The notes under the pieces: generated by a model
What the model was told of the DNA's origin: nothing
Databases searched by the model: none
Seen by the model: the letters and a program-made list of their open reading frames with translations, nothing else
Assembly: GCA_026770705.1 (NCBI GenBank)
Contig: JANJGN010000005.1
Coordinates: forward strand, 185,318,001-185,382,000
DNA from: Isurus oxyrinchus
Lineage: Eukaryota
DNA length: 64,000 bases
Reading direction: 5' to 3'
Translations under genes and position numbers: made by a program
Part shown: in pieces, positions 25,205 to 37,784 of the stretch
Numbering within the stretch: position 1 is the first letter of the stretch
Layout of the letters: the number at the start of each line of letters is the position of its first letter

Positions 25205-25820
25205 ATCGCCAAAAGAAGGTTTACAAGGGTGATACCAGGACTGAGAGTCTATGACTGTCATGAAAAGATGAACAGGCTGGGACTCTTGTCTTTAAGAGTA
25301 GGCCGAGAGTCTCATCGCCAACGCCAGCTGAAGCCGAGTGTTGGCAGCGAAAGGGGTGCGTAGCAACCCGGGCACCCCACCCACCCGCTCCCCTTCCACC
25401 GTCTGTCCCACCTGGGACAGAGACTGTTGGTCGTGCATTGGACTCTTCAGTCACCTGAGGACTCATTTTTAGTGCGGAAGCACATCATCCTCGATCCTGA
25501 GGGACAGCCTAAGAAGAAGAGGCTGAGAGATAGCCTGATAGAGATCTTGAGCAGTATGAAAAGGTTACGGTAGACAAAAAGAAAAGACATTTTCATTTGT
25601 GGAAAAGACCAAAACTGGAAGCCATAAATATACGATAGTTATGAATAAATCCAACAGGGGATGCAGGAGAAGCTTTTTCACTCAGAGGATGGTGAGAATA
25701 TGGAACTTGGTACCACAGGGTGTAGTTGAGGTGAAGAACATAGGTGCATTTAAGAGCAAGCTAGATAAACACATGAGAGAGAGAGGAACAGGATGTTATG
25801 TTGATGGAGTTGAAATTTAA
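25205..25820 (+). mobile_element. CR1 3' fragment interrupted by an RTE element
   Basis: RRFTRVIPGLR..EKMNRLGLLSL before the insert and FFTQRMVRIWNLVPQGVVE after it. Confidence 0.8.
25310..25519 (+). mobile_element. RTE-clade LINE 3' end
   Basis: Encodes VCPTWDRDCWSCIGLFSHLRTH (RTE C-terminal Zn finger remnant). (AAG)n tail. TSD-like aggccgagag (25300-25309) and aggctgagag (25520-25529). Confidence 0.75.
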
Positions 25821-25864
25821 CTGTTAGATTAAGGGGGGTAGGATGATATCAATACATATCCTGA

Positions 25865-26135
25865 TCGATCAGATTTAGGTGTTGGTTGAGGGATAAATAT
25901 TGGTCACAACACCAGGAAGAAATTCCCAACCCTTCTTGGAAGAGTGCCATGGGATTTTTTACATCCACCTGAGAGGGTAGACAATGCTTCAGTTTAACCT
26001 CTCACCCGAAAGACAGCACCACCAACAATGCAGCCCTTCCTCAGCCCTGCACTAAGAGTGTCAGCCTATATTTTGTGCTCAAGTTTCTGGAGTGGGACTT
26101 CAGCCCACAGCCTTCTGTACACTGAGTCACAGCTA
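25865..26135 (-). mobile_element. DeuSINE/SacSINE1-like SINE
   Basis: 'gggatttttacatccacctgagagggtagac', 'gtgctcaagtttctggagtgggactt'. Confidence 0.75.
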
Positions 26136-26542
26136 ACACATGGTGGTAGAAAAAAACAGGGATCTGTAATAATCTGCTCCCCCCTGCCATCCCCCCAACC
26201 CCTCACACTTTACTCCTCCTACAGACCACGCTTCTGAGTTTAGCATTCATTTACTTCTCCTTGGCTTTGTGAGGCTTTGTGTTCTTGACTGAATCCTTAG
26301 ACCAGGATTTCCCAAATATTTTACCAGTCTGACCTCATTTAACGCCTCAGGCATCGTGTGACTCCAGAGTGAAGATTTGTGCGGTACAAGATCTGTTGCA
26401 GTGGGGGAATTGGGGGGAGGGGGAGTTCAGCTGCTGAAGGGAGGGGAACTTCAGTCCTTGACCCGGGGGAGGGAAGGAACAGGAGTTGAACATTGGGGGA
26501 GATGATTAATAGGCAGGTTTCTACAATAAAAAGAACATTTAC

Positions 26543-26774
26543 CTTTACACAGGCTTTTTTTACAGCAGCAATCAAGCCTCAGAGGGCAGTCGATTTGGCC
26601 ATGCCCACCAGTAGAAAAAAACACGAGATTTAAAGGGACATCACAGCTATCAGAAATCAGTTCGAGCCCCACGGCAACCATTGCAGCGCTGGTAGCCTGT
26701 GACTCCAAAATCTCTGTTGCGGCCAACAGTTTGGGAAGCCCTGAAATCATGTAGTGGATACATTTTCCAGATTC
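26543..26774 (-). other. Candidate exon in a repeat-free island
   Basis: Donor AAG|GTAAAT at 26542. The frame of ORF 26451..26876 is open across it (phase 1). Acceptor is weak and the product is unrecognised. Confidence 0.25.
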
Positions 26775-28100
26775 CTGAATGCAGAATTTTACAGTGCGGT
26801 GGGCAGAGGTGTTTGGAGTGAACGTTAAATGAAGAGGAGGGTGAGGAGGACACAGATCTCTGTTCGAATCCAGCACAGACTGCCAGATTACAGAAGAAAC
26901 AGCTTTTCATGTTGGTGACATTGAGTGCTTTTAGCAAATTGTGCTTGAATATTCTGAACCCAGTTCCCAGTGGATGTGACTTCACAACACAAAACTGCTC
27001 AGAATTTGGCACATTTTGGCTCTAATTGGCACTAACTTGGCAATCTCATTTACAGAGGCCATAGGAATAATTGGTAGGGGAAATGAGAAGTGTGTGTAAT
27101 AGGAGTAGCATTTCTGACAACGCTCGCAGAGATAGATCAAAAATTCCTCTTCTCCAAGCTGTAATCTTTTTGTTTGGTGGGGGGTTGGGGAGGGAAGCAA
27201 AGATTTACCTTATTTACAAATAAAATGATGAAACAAAACCTCCATCTGTCTAGCAACTGGCACACCCAACAGAGGTAATGTTCCCATCAAGTCATCTGGG
27301 TTGTTTTATGGGAGGCAATCTGCCATTTGTTTTTAAATACAAAACAGAAAGACTGGCAGAGATTTTGGAAAAATGAATCGGTCTCACACACCGTAGCCTG
27401 TTTCATGTGAGTTCGTTTAACAAAGGCTCCCACAAACAATGATTAACTTAGACATTATTGGAACAATAAAGTGTTATGGAAAATTGGTTGTGCTTTTTAA
27501 AAGAGTGTTTGATCAAAAGGTGTTATCACGCTACAGTGGAATATGCCATTTACCACTTGGTCTGATAACACACAAAGGACACTACCTCTTCTTCCCTGGC
27601 TGCAGGATAGAGGTATTAAAGGCAATTGAACTAGCCTTACTACATCCAATTAAAGTGTAAAAATAATTTTTTTCCAAAACAGACACTCATACTTGGCAAT
27701 GTATTTGAGTTCTAAGAGCAGTCATAGGACTATAGAGCCATACTACATCTGCCATTGAAAAACATGCCACTGAGGGGCTGGGGGGAGATGGTAAACATAA
27801 ACGTGCAAAGCCTACAAAGAAGATTTTCAAGACTGAGACCAGTTATGTTTGGAAAGAGCAAGAATCAATACGGGCTGATTGACAGGGAGGTGCCATTTTG
27901 TAGAGATTGACATGTCTCTTGGCCAGTTTGACCCTGCAGCATCAGCTTGGTTGATTGTCAGTGAAGTGGGTCTCTAGTCCCCAGGCTTTTTGGCACGGTA
28001 GACCTACCTCGCATCCCCCCCCTCCTCCCCCAACCCTGCAAGTTGTATAACAGGCTGGACTCCATGGCACCATCACCAAAACAAAATAACTACGTGCATG

Positions 28101-28254
28101 CGTCACGCCCAATTTGTGAAACTGCCCGTTTCATGAACTGGGCAAACCCATTGCACGGATCATGAACTGGGTGGTCAAGCTGCCAGTTTCATGAACTGTG
28201 CGGGTAGGATTGCCCATTTCAAGAAATGGGCAGTTTCACAAATTGGGTCCAACG
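28101..28254. repeat. Fold-back element built from nested palindromic units
   Basis: Arms 28108-28145 and 28210-28247 are reverse complements (35/38). Internal tcatgaactg-like units are repeated. Confidence 0.75.
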
Positions 28255-28589
28255 TAACGTATGCATCCATTTGGAAGGTGCAATTATAACCACCTCTCCC
28301 CGTTCTGTCAGAATTAGCTCACAGCTCTACTGGCAAAACCAGGTCTGCCGCCAGCAACGCAAGTGTGGGAATTTTTTCTTTATTGGCTAAGAAGGAGATG
28401 ATGGCAACTCTGCAGGATTGGAAACTCCGAGAATTGAAAGTTAATCTCCTCAACCCCAGAGCATGAAAGCATCGGGGCATTAAAAGAAATGTTGCTTTTT
28501 TTTACATTTTCCTTCAACACTTTAGCTTATTAGTGATAAAACTATTGCAAAATTGAGGAAAAAATATTTTTCTGGACTGTCATCCAAGA

Positions 28590-29820
28590 AGCATCAATGG
28601 ACTTCCTTGGCCAACAAACTTCCCTTCCTGGTCCCCAGGTTAGCTGACATGGTAAACATTTCTCTCTCTTGAGGTGTTGTCCCTCTCTTCCTCAAATCTA
28701 ACTTCATCGCCCCTCCCCTCAAAAATCTAACCCTTGACCCCTCCATTTTTGCAAATTACTGTCTATCATTAAACTCCCTTATATCTCCAAAGTCCTTTAA
28801 TATGTTGTCACTTCCCAAACTCATGCTCATTTTTTCCTGGAACTCGATATTTGAAGCCCTCCAATCAGATTTTCAAGTCTGCCACAGCACTGAAACAGCT
28901 CTTATCAAAGTCGCAAATTATATTCTATGTGACTGTGACAAAGGTAAACTATCCCCCCTCGTCCTACTCACCCTGCCTGCAGTCTTTGACCACACCGTCC
29001 TCCTCCAACACCTCCCAGCTCTCAACCAGCTGGTTGGGACTGCATTCACCTAGTTCCATTTTATCCATCTAATTGTAGCCGGAGAACTGCTTCTCTGTGA
29101 GTTCAGTGGCTCCTCTTCCCATTTCTGCACAGTTACCTCTGGCGTTGCCCAAAGACTGATCCTTGGCCCCTCCTTTTTCTCATCCAGATGCTGCCCCCTC
29201 TGCAACATCATCTGAATCATGTCAGCTTCCACATGTACACTGATGACACCCAGCTCTACCTTGCCACCACCTCCCTCAACCCTTCCTCTGTCTCAAAGCT
29301 GTCAGATACTTATCCAACATCCACCCTCCGTAAACTTGAGGTCATCCAAATTTCTGCTGCCTGTATTCTAACTTGCACCAAACAGCATTCACCAATGACC
29401 TTCATGTTCAATGACCTACCTTGGCTCCAGGTTAAACAACGCCGCAATTGAAAAATACCCTTCCTTGTTTTCAAATCCCTCCAGTGACTGGCACCTCCCC
29501 ATCTCTGTAACCTTCTCCAGCCCTACAACTCTCTGAGATACCTGTTTTCCTCTAAATTTGGCCTCTTGGGCATCCTTGATTTTAATCGCTCCGCCATTGG
29601 TGGCTGCACATTCAGCTGCTCAGCCCTTAAACCTCTCCGCCTCTCTACCTTGCTTTTATTCTTTAAGATATTCCTTAAAGCCTACCTCTTTGGTCAGCTT
29701 TTGGTCACCTATCCTAACACCTCTTTATGTTACTCATTGGCATATTTTGTTTTATTATGCCTTGGTGAAGTGCCTTGGGGGAATCATGTTAATGGCGTTA
29801 TATAAATACAAGTTGTTGTT
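28590..29820 (+). mobile_element. L2 LINE RT plus 3' end (decayed, internally deleted)
   Basis: LQSDFQVCHSTETALIKV, SGVAQRLILGP, FHMYTDDTQLYL, and tail 'ggcgttatataaatacaagttgttgtt'. Confidence 0.9.
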
Positions 29821-31224
29821 TCCATTTGGCATAGGAGGATGGTGTGCTGTGAGGATTAACAGGTAGAGCAACCAATAGTGGGAGCCAGAGGGCCAGGGCA
29901 GTTGGAGGCGTTTGGTCAGATAATGAAATCTCTAGGAATATACAGCAAACAAAGTTGGCAACAGTACTGAAAAGAATGGGGGAGAGTCTAGCCTCAATTG
30001 CCGACATTTGCTATGTTCAACAAAAAAAAGGACAAGCAAAAAATGAAAAACATCCTTTTGCATTGACTTTTCCTTCCCCTTATTCCTACTTTCTCTCTCC
30101 CAGTTTCTTGATGAACATGCTAGTTAGCAAACCAGAATAGGAGTACCAAAAGCTACACACCAACGTGCGGGATGTGTGATATAATATTTATCTGTCTGCT
30201 TTGTGTGCCCTCTAAAGCCCACATGAGAGCTACAAAGTGGGATAAACTATGTCGAATACTCACTGATGTTAAATATTCTGTTTCAAAAAATATCTCGTGT
30301 TCTATTCCATAAAGGAAATTGTGGATTGTTTTCTGACTGCTACTGGCGGATGAAGATTATTTGGTTGTTGGTCTTTATGTGAAACTGGTTTAGAAATAGG
30401 ATTACAATTTGATTACCTGGAATAACGAAAGGAAACCTTCCTCCTCTTGAATATTTTGTGGAGGAAGGTGGAGAGGTTTTACGTGTTGGTTTTCTATGTA
30501 ACAAGGGGCAGTACAGGAGTGCTGACTGGAGGCTTAGATGAAAGCAGTCAGTTACCCTCATAAGGTCAGTTGCAGAGTAAGCTAATTCTAATGATAAAAG
30601 AAACAGAGGAGGAGATGAGAATTTTTTTTTTTACGCAGTTGAGTTCTTATGATCTGGAAAGCACTGCCTGAAAGGGCAATGGATGCACATTGGTTCTTTC
30701 AAAGAGCTAGCAGGGACACGATGGGCCGAATCTCCAGTATGATTTTTTTGAGTCTTGAAGAGTGAACAGTTGCTCACTGCAAAGAAGAGTTTGGATTATG
30801 TATCGAATTTCTTATATGAAAGCACATTGAGGGTAGAGGCATTAGTCATAACAGCACAAAAGAAGGCTATTCAGCCCATCGAGCCCATGCTGGCAGTTAA
30901 ACTTCTCCTTTGTTTAATTACTCTCTTATTCTCTTTCCTAGTGTCCCTGTGTGATATCACCATTGGAGGGCCAGGAGACATATATTTGAGATCAACTCCT
31001 GGTTTTCTTTCACACTGCATCAACCAACAGACTGTTTGAGATCAGGTGGAGGTGGGGGTTTGAGTGTTGGAATAAAGAAAGGGCAGGCAATCAGTTACAA
31101 GTTAAGTGGTAGAATCATAAAGGGGGTGCAAGAGCGGAGAGACTTGGGGAGCGATTGTGCGCAGGTGGAAGATTAACAAAGCAGTTAATAACATGGGAGC
31201 TTGGACTTTGTGAATTGAGGCATA

Positions 31225-31369
31225 GGGCTGGATTTTCTGGCCTGCCAGCGGCAGGCATCAGCATGGGGGGGGACAAGAAAATTTGGAGAGCCTTTGAAAG
31301 CGGCCCTCCAAATTTCACCGACCCGCCCACTATAATGTCCGCCAGTGGTAAGGCCAGAAAATCCCAGCC
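31225..31369. mobile_element. 145-bp hairpin mini-MITE
   Basis: TIRs GGGCTGGATTTTCTGGCCT and AGGCCAGAAAATCCCAGCC, with ATA on both sides and an inner inverted repeat aaatttggagagcc/ggccctccaaattt. Confidence 0.75.
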
Positions 31370-31399
31370 ATAGAGTATAAAAAAAGAAAGTATTTTTTA

Positions 31400-31985
31400 A
31401 AATTTACATTCGTTCAAGGGGTTCGTGGGAGTTGCTGGCTAGGCCAACATTTATTGCCCATCCCTAATTGCCCTTGAGAAGGTGGTGGTCTTGAGCCGCT
31501 GCAGTCCATGTGGTGTAGGTACACCCACAGTGCTGTTAGGGAGGGAGTTCCAGGTTTTTGACCCAGTGACAGTGAAGGAACAGCGATTTATTTCCGAGTC
31601 AGGATGGTGAGTGGCTTGGAGGGGAACTTGCAGACGGTGGTGCTCCCATGTGTCTGCTGCCCTTGTCTTTCTAGAGGACATGGGTTTCGAAAGAGCTGTT
31701 AAATGAGCTTTGTTGAGTTGCTGCAGTGCATCTTGTAGATGGTACACACTGCTGTTACTGGAGGGAGTGGATGTTTAAGGTTGTGGATGTGGTGCCAATC
31801 AAGCGGGGCTGCTTTGTCCTGGGTGGTGTCGAGCTTCTTGAGTGTTGTTGGAGCTGTACTCATCCAGGCAAGTGGAGAGTATTCCATCACACTCCTGACT
31901 TCTGCCTTGTAGAGATGGTGGACAGGCTTTGTAGAGTGAGGAGGTGAGTTACTCTCTGTAGAATTCCCAGACTCTGGCCTCTGCA
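31400..31985 (-). mobile_element. Family B LINE 3' end
   Basis: ORF 31699..31986 reads YKAEVRSVMEYSPLAWMSTAPTTLKKLDTTQDKAA. Confidence 0.85.
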
Positions 31986-31999
31986 AACCCTAAATTATT

Positions 32000-32570
32000 A
32001 GTTGGTCCCAGCTAGGATAGTGTGTCCAATTCTGGGCAGCACACTTTAGGAAGGGTGTGAAATCTTTGGAGAGGGTGCAGAAGAGATTCACTAGAATGGT
32101 TCCAGGAATGAGGGATTACAGTTACAGGATAGACTGGAGAAGCTGGGACTCTTGCAGGAGAGAGGAGATTTAATAAAGGTGTTTAAAATCAAGAAGGATT
32201 TTGGTTGAGTAAAGAAAGAGGAACTGTTTCCAATGGACAAAGGGTCAATGACCAGTGGACACCAATTTAAGGTGATTGACAAAAGAAGCAGAAGTAATGT
32301 GAGGATAAACCTTTTTACACAACGAATGGTTAGGACTTGGAATGCACTGTCTGATAACGTGGTGGATATAGATTCAATGGTAGCTTTCAAAAGGGAATTG
32401 AGTAAATACTTGAGAAAAAAAATTGCAGGAATATGGAGAAAGAGTGGGGGAGAGTGGGACTCCAACAACACTCAAGAAGGCAGCATACCACCACCTTCTC
32501 TTCGAAAGAGCCAAAGCTGACTCGATGGGCTGAATGGCCTGCCTCTGCTATTTGGCGATTCTGTAATCAC
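32000..32570 (+). mobile_element. CR1 LINE 3' end
   Basis: LERVQKRFTRMVPGMR, GHQFKVI..NLFTQRMVRTWNAL, and 3' UTR 'gatgggctgaatggcct'. Confidence 0.85.
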
Positions 32571-33419
32571 TGAACAACAAACATTCCACCCACACTGATT
32601 CCAACAATTATTAAGTGTGTGGAATATAACGAAAGATCATTTTCTTGCAATCGAGAGGGATATATTGAGGGGTAATGAAATGGATCTCGCCACAAAAGTC
32701 CCCTGTAACTGCCCAACAATACAGCCTATACTCTTTACATTCTGTTACATTCCTGGTGTTTATGAATTCACTCTATAATTGACAGGCTGATTATCTGCTG
32801 ATTATCTGCAATAATTTCTGCTCCCTCCCGCTCATTCTTTTTTTTTGTCACATGCGTTTCATAGATTTTTTTAAAATGTTGTTATCTTTTTAAATTCCTT
32901 TTCTCTTGGTGTTATATTTGAAATTCGTTCATTTTAGAGGAGATGACAAGCTGGCTGGAAGTTTCTCATCTTATGTCCTTCCCACAACTAGTTTGGGAAA
33001 ATGCATTTGAACTGTTTGAGGGTCTACCAGCAGGACCAGCACATCCCACTAGGACACACACGTGTGGCAGCATCAGAACACAATGCATTCCGGGGGATAA
33101 AAGGCAAGTGGGCAGAACCCAGGCACCGACATGTTCCAAACTCTCCACTGAAGGAGCCACGCACAACTCTGCTCTCCAGCACATAAGTCAGTTCCAGGAG
33201 TAGCGATGAGTCCTTATTTTCGAATCAGCTCCTGAAGTTATTCAAGGTGATAAAAGATGATTGCTTTGAAAAAAGACAATGAATCATTTTAAGCTTTGAG
33301 ACATTTCATTGTCGGCTGGAACAGTTTACCCTAATTGCGTTTCTTTTGTGAATTTGGGAACGCCGGTTCTCCATTTTGTTTGCTTAGTTTGCCTTCCTCA
33401 CACCACACAGTTGGGTGTC

Positions 33420-33860
33420 TCTAACAACTTGCATTTGTCTAGCGCCTCTCAAATAGTAAAATGCCTTAAAGGCGCACCACAGAAGCGCTATCAGGCAAAA
33501 TTTGACACTGAGCTATGCAAGGAGCTTTTAGGGTGAATGACCAATATCTTGGTCAAAGAGAAGTGTCTTAAAGGAGGAGGGTGAGAGTTAAAGAGGCTTA
33601 GGGAGGGGATTCCAGAGCTTAAGGATCTTTAGGCAAATGAAGGCATGGTCACCAATGAAGAGACAGGGGGAAAGCACAGATATCTCAGGGGGTGGCGGGG
33701 CTGCAGGAGATTACATATAGGGAGGGGCAAGTTCACAGGCGGATTGGAAAACAAGGATGAGAATTGAAAATTCAAAGCATTACTGTACGGGGAGCCAATG
33801 TAGGTCAGTGAGCACAGGGGTGATGGGTGAATGGGATGGCGCAAGTTGGTATACCAACAG
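33420..33860 (-). mobile_element. L2 LINE 3' fragment
   Basis: Starts with reverse tail 'aacaacttgcatttgtctagcgcct'; reverse complement of the 29400-29820 type sequence. Confidence 0.75.
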
Positions 33861-34205
33861 CAGATTAGCGGCAAACAACACTGGAGTCCAAGTGGCCCAG
33901 CTTTTGCAGGGCACTGTTGCGCTGTGAATATGGTCTGGCTTTCATTCGATTTACCATGCAGCCTTCGATCACGCAGACACTCCCACAACGGGAATAATCT
34001 ATAGAATCTTGAAGGCAAATAAGCTGGTTAAAAAGTATTAGTTCCATTCTAGTGTCACAATGAGACCAGCTTGAATTGTTGTAAAGGAGACAATTTAACC
34101 TTTAAAAGTAGTTAATTAGTTTAAAAATAAACAGAAATCTGACCATATTACCAACTGGATAACTTTTACAAAGTAGTCTTTCATCCCAAATCTTAGGAGG
34201 CAATA

Positions 34206-35382
34206 CTGCCATCTAGTGACTAAGCTGGAGATAGATTTTAGTTTTACTGTCGTTCCTTCATGGAGAGACTGATATGTGCCATGACCCCTCACATAACACA
34301 CATTGTTATGGCTCCCTCAGTAATACAGGAACCATATAAACACCTTGTCCAGAACGTGCCCTCTGTCCATAGTGTCCTTACAGTGCAGCTTCCAGTGTGA
34401 GGATCGTAGAGAAACTTCATTGTATTGTCTAAGTGTCGAAACAGAGAATGCAACCATGCCTACGTACAAAAATAGCAGATAATGAAAAGTATTCCTTCAG
34501 ACTTTGCTTCGATATTTGTAACTCAAAAGCCTTTTCTGACACATTGCATTCCGCTGCTTGTCTCTTGCTCTGCAGAATTAGAGGCAACAGTCTCCAGGAC
34601 ATGCACAGCTCCAAAACAAAACCCATGCGTTAGATAGCAGCTCTTTGGGAGTTTGTTAGAGTGATATTGAATTTGTTTTAAGTCGCACCTCATTTCGAAA
34701 CTGAGCACTGACTGGTTCAAAGGTTCTTCAATCCTCAATTAAGGATGGTTGAGTGCAAATGCTGTGTATGAATCTCGATGACATCACATCGTGTGGCAAG
34801 GTGCCATACTGAATCAAATAGGGGCTGGAAGGGAGGGCTGTTTTGACTAGGGCACTGCCCAGCAAATACAAGTGTAAAACGACTAACAACTATGGAATAG
34901 AAAGGTTAAAAAGATGAATTCTTTTGCCTGAAGGGATACCTCTAATGACTTTTGAGTTCGTGTCTCACCAGACTGAGGATAGGCTTGAAGATTGACAAAC
35001 CTGACCTTTGATCTCATCTTTCATTCAGCTAGCCTGTCCACACATCGCAGAGATGCCCATTGTTACTTAACTTCTTAGCAGCCAGTGACAAATTGACTCA
35101 TTGCATTTGCACAGTTTGACTGCGGTGTCTGCAGCACAGAGCTTACCACGAGAGAAATTTGTTCCATATTGTCAAGGTACCCAATGTGGAGCCATTCCAA
35201 ATGATTAGCATCAGCCTAATGCCCCTTATGAACAGTAGCTACAATGAAAGGACCAAGGTGTTGATGGAGGTTGTGAAAGAGAATTGAGTTCCGCCAGTTC
35301 ATCATGATCGTGCTGCGGCATTTCTGCCATTAGGTGGCAGAAGTGCTCTTTGCGATGGAATGACACAAGTGACATCTAGTGG
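34206..35382. promoter_or_regulatory. Three CTCF-like motifs
   Basis: 34206-34219 (-) TCACTAGATGGCAG, 35327-35340 (+) CCATTAGGTGGCAG and 35369-35382 (-) CCACTAGATGTCAC. Each is one mismatch from CCACYAGRKGGCRS. Confidence 0.4.
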
Positions 35383-35569
35383 CAGAAGTTAAGTACTATA
35401 GCGGTTTGGCCCTAATACATCAAAGCGGGCAAATCTGAGTAATATGACGAAGTGGTCGTGGATCTAATGATGCAGGAGGCAAAACTGTGCAGTCTGCAGG
35501 ATTGGTGTGAGCTAGGATGGCTCCACGCAATGACAGTTCAGCTTTCTCTGTCACCGCCACCAAGCATGC

Positions 35570-35875
35570 CTCTGAGATCTCCGTGCTCCTTCAATTCTGG
35601 CCTCTTGTGCATCCCCGATTTCCATCACTCCATCATTGGCAGTCGCACCGTTAGCTGCCTGGGCCCTAGGCTCTGGAAATTCCTCCCTCAACCTCCCTTC
35701 CCCTCTTTCTCTCTCTTGCCTCCCTTAAGGAGTTCCTTAAAACCTACTTCTTTCACCAAGCTTTTGGTCATATTTCCAAATCTCCTATCAGATTTGATCT
35801 GGTAATGCTCCTTTGAAATGCCTTAGGACATTTTACTAATGTTATGGGTGCTGTACAAATGCAAGCTGATGTTGC
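35570..35875 (+). mobile_element. L2 LINE 3' end
   Basis: 'tgcctgggccctaggctctggaaattcctccctcaacc' and tail 'gtgctgtacaaatgcaagctgatg'. Confidence 0.75.
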
Positions 35876-35999
35876 TACTCCCCCACAAGGAACTATGATG
35901 AGAGCCCCTTGGGTGAATCAGCCCTTAAAAAGAAACTTGAAAATCAGAGCAAAATCATTCACTCACTCGCAGAGTTTTCTACCAAGTGTTGTAAAGTTT

Positions 36000-36231
36000 A
36001 TCTGTAGTGTTCAATTGTTCTGGGTTTGATTATGTGAATCTGTTTACTATTGATGCACACTGTGGTTGATTGGTTAAGCCTGGGTGCAGACTCAGGTGAA
36101 AGTTTTAAAAAAACTGTAGGAAGGGAGCCGAAGCAAGTAGAAGACATTTTAAAGCATTGTGAATAAAACCTGGTAACACACACAGAAACTAATATCATTT
36201 ATGCATTGCTCTGAGAGATATAAACTATACA
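36000..36231 (+). repeat. Dispersed repeat, possibly a solo-LTR 3' part (paralog 55090-55314)
   Basis: Shared blocks 'tgtttactattgatgc', 'tgattggttaagcc', 'cattttaaagcattg..aataaaacct' and 'gctctgagagata'; both copies end in CA. Confidence 0.55.
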
Positions 36232-37426
36232 ATCTCATCCATGTGTATTGTGGAGAACCCGGCTTGGCGTACTTCCATTATTTCCACCTCATGCACACAT
36301 TGGCCCTTAATCTCTGTAGAGTTCTCACAATTACCTGTCAGGCCTTCAGCAGGAATATCATTAATGGTCATCTTTAGCTCTTTTTACGCCTTTTCTCCTG
36401 GAACTCGACCAATCTCCCATCAGCGAACTCCCATGGAGCTTTGTTTAATCTTTGCACTATTGTAGAGGCATCACCTACATTTCTAAATAATGTTTCTGAG
36501 TGGGATACACAGTCCAAAATTCCCTTTTGTATAACTATTGCTATTATTTAAATAATGCTGCACATTTCAGAACACTGGACAGAGGTTTCTGTTTGTGAAT
36601 GACTTAGGGCCAACTTCCCTTATAAGAATTTTTGCAAACTAGTCTCAAGATCTTTCAGAGGAATCATTGGGTGTTTTCAAACTGATTGATGAGAGTGATC
36701 TCCTGCTGAGCAGGATTTTGGGCAGTCTACTCAGATCCAGCACGAATAAATCTACTGCCTGAAAACCACACATGGTTCAGTGCAAATTGCCGCTATATTG
36801 TAGGTCTCACTCAGAGAGACCTTTAGGATGGCTGATGGGGAATTGAAATGCAGTAAGTGGTGCTTTGGAGTGTGTGCTTACGGTGAAGGATGCTTTATTC
36901 TGCATCTAACTCATATTCAACCAGAAGTGCTCAACATTATAACTGAAAGTAAAAATGTTCCGGTTTGTCATACCCCCATTTTGATAAGCGCAAGGAAAGT
37001 AATGAGAACAATTCCTGTTTTCCGTTGCATTGCTGTTAATTCTTTCAGAGGCATTGCAACAGCTCCACCTTACAGTTTTATTTGAGCTCAATACTCTCCA
37101 CGTGTGAACAGCTCTTGTACTACTGCAGGGTTTACTACTCGTTGGGAGGAATCGTCCCAGGTTTGCACTAAGTGCAGTAGCGGGCCTGAAAAAAGACACT
37201 TTACCCACTAGCTGCAATAGCAGATTTTCACAGCACATCGTCTCCTTCCCGCCTCATTAATTACGCAGCCACAGGAAACTCACGTGATCGCTGGTAGGTA
37301 GGCAGACTCCGATTCACCCACCACACCATTACCTCACCGCTTCCTCACACCGGACGCCACATTTAAACTGCATCCCCGTGTGCAAAGTTCTCGATGTTTG
37401 CAGCCCAGGACTGTTCCAGTGAAGAC

Positions 37427-37669
37427 ATGGCCCCAAAAGCCAAGAAGAGTGCAGCCCCCTGATTCAGTGACCCATCCCTGGGATGCCTTCTGGACACCAT
37501 GGAGGACCACCGCAATGTCCAGTTCCCTGCTCTGGTCCACAGGAGGCCCATCAGCCTCACCACTCCGGCTTGGGAGACAATGGCAGAGGTGGTCAGTGCC
37601 AGTGCTGCACACAATAGGTCAGCCATCCAGTGCAGATAGAGGGTGAATGATCTCATCCATGAGATCAGG
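37427..37669 (+). pseudogene. Decayed Myb/SANT-like DNA-binding exon (Harbinger accessory ORF)
   Basis: MAPKAKKSAAP*FSDPSLGCLLDTMEDHRNVQFPALVHRRPISLTTPAWETMAEVVSASAAHNRSAIQCR*RVNDLIHEIR fits the trihelix pattern (PRFS..L..LL / AWE..A..V / R...QCR.R.NDL); two in-frame stops. Confidence 0.75.
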
Positions 37670-37784
37670 ATAAGGCAACCATCTCATCACTCTAAACTCA
37701 CACGCTCACAAGCCCATCACACATTCACTGGCATCCCACTCACTGCCAGCTCAAGGGGCATCACCACTCATTCTCTCACATGCA

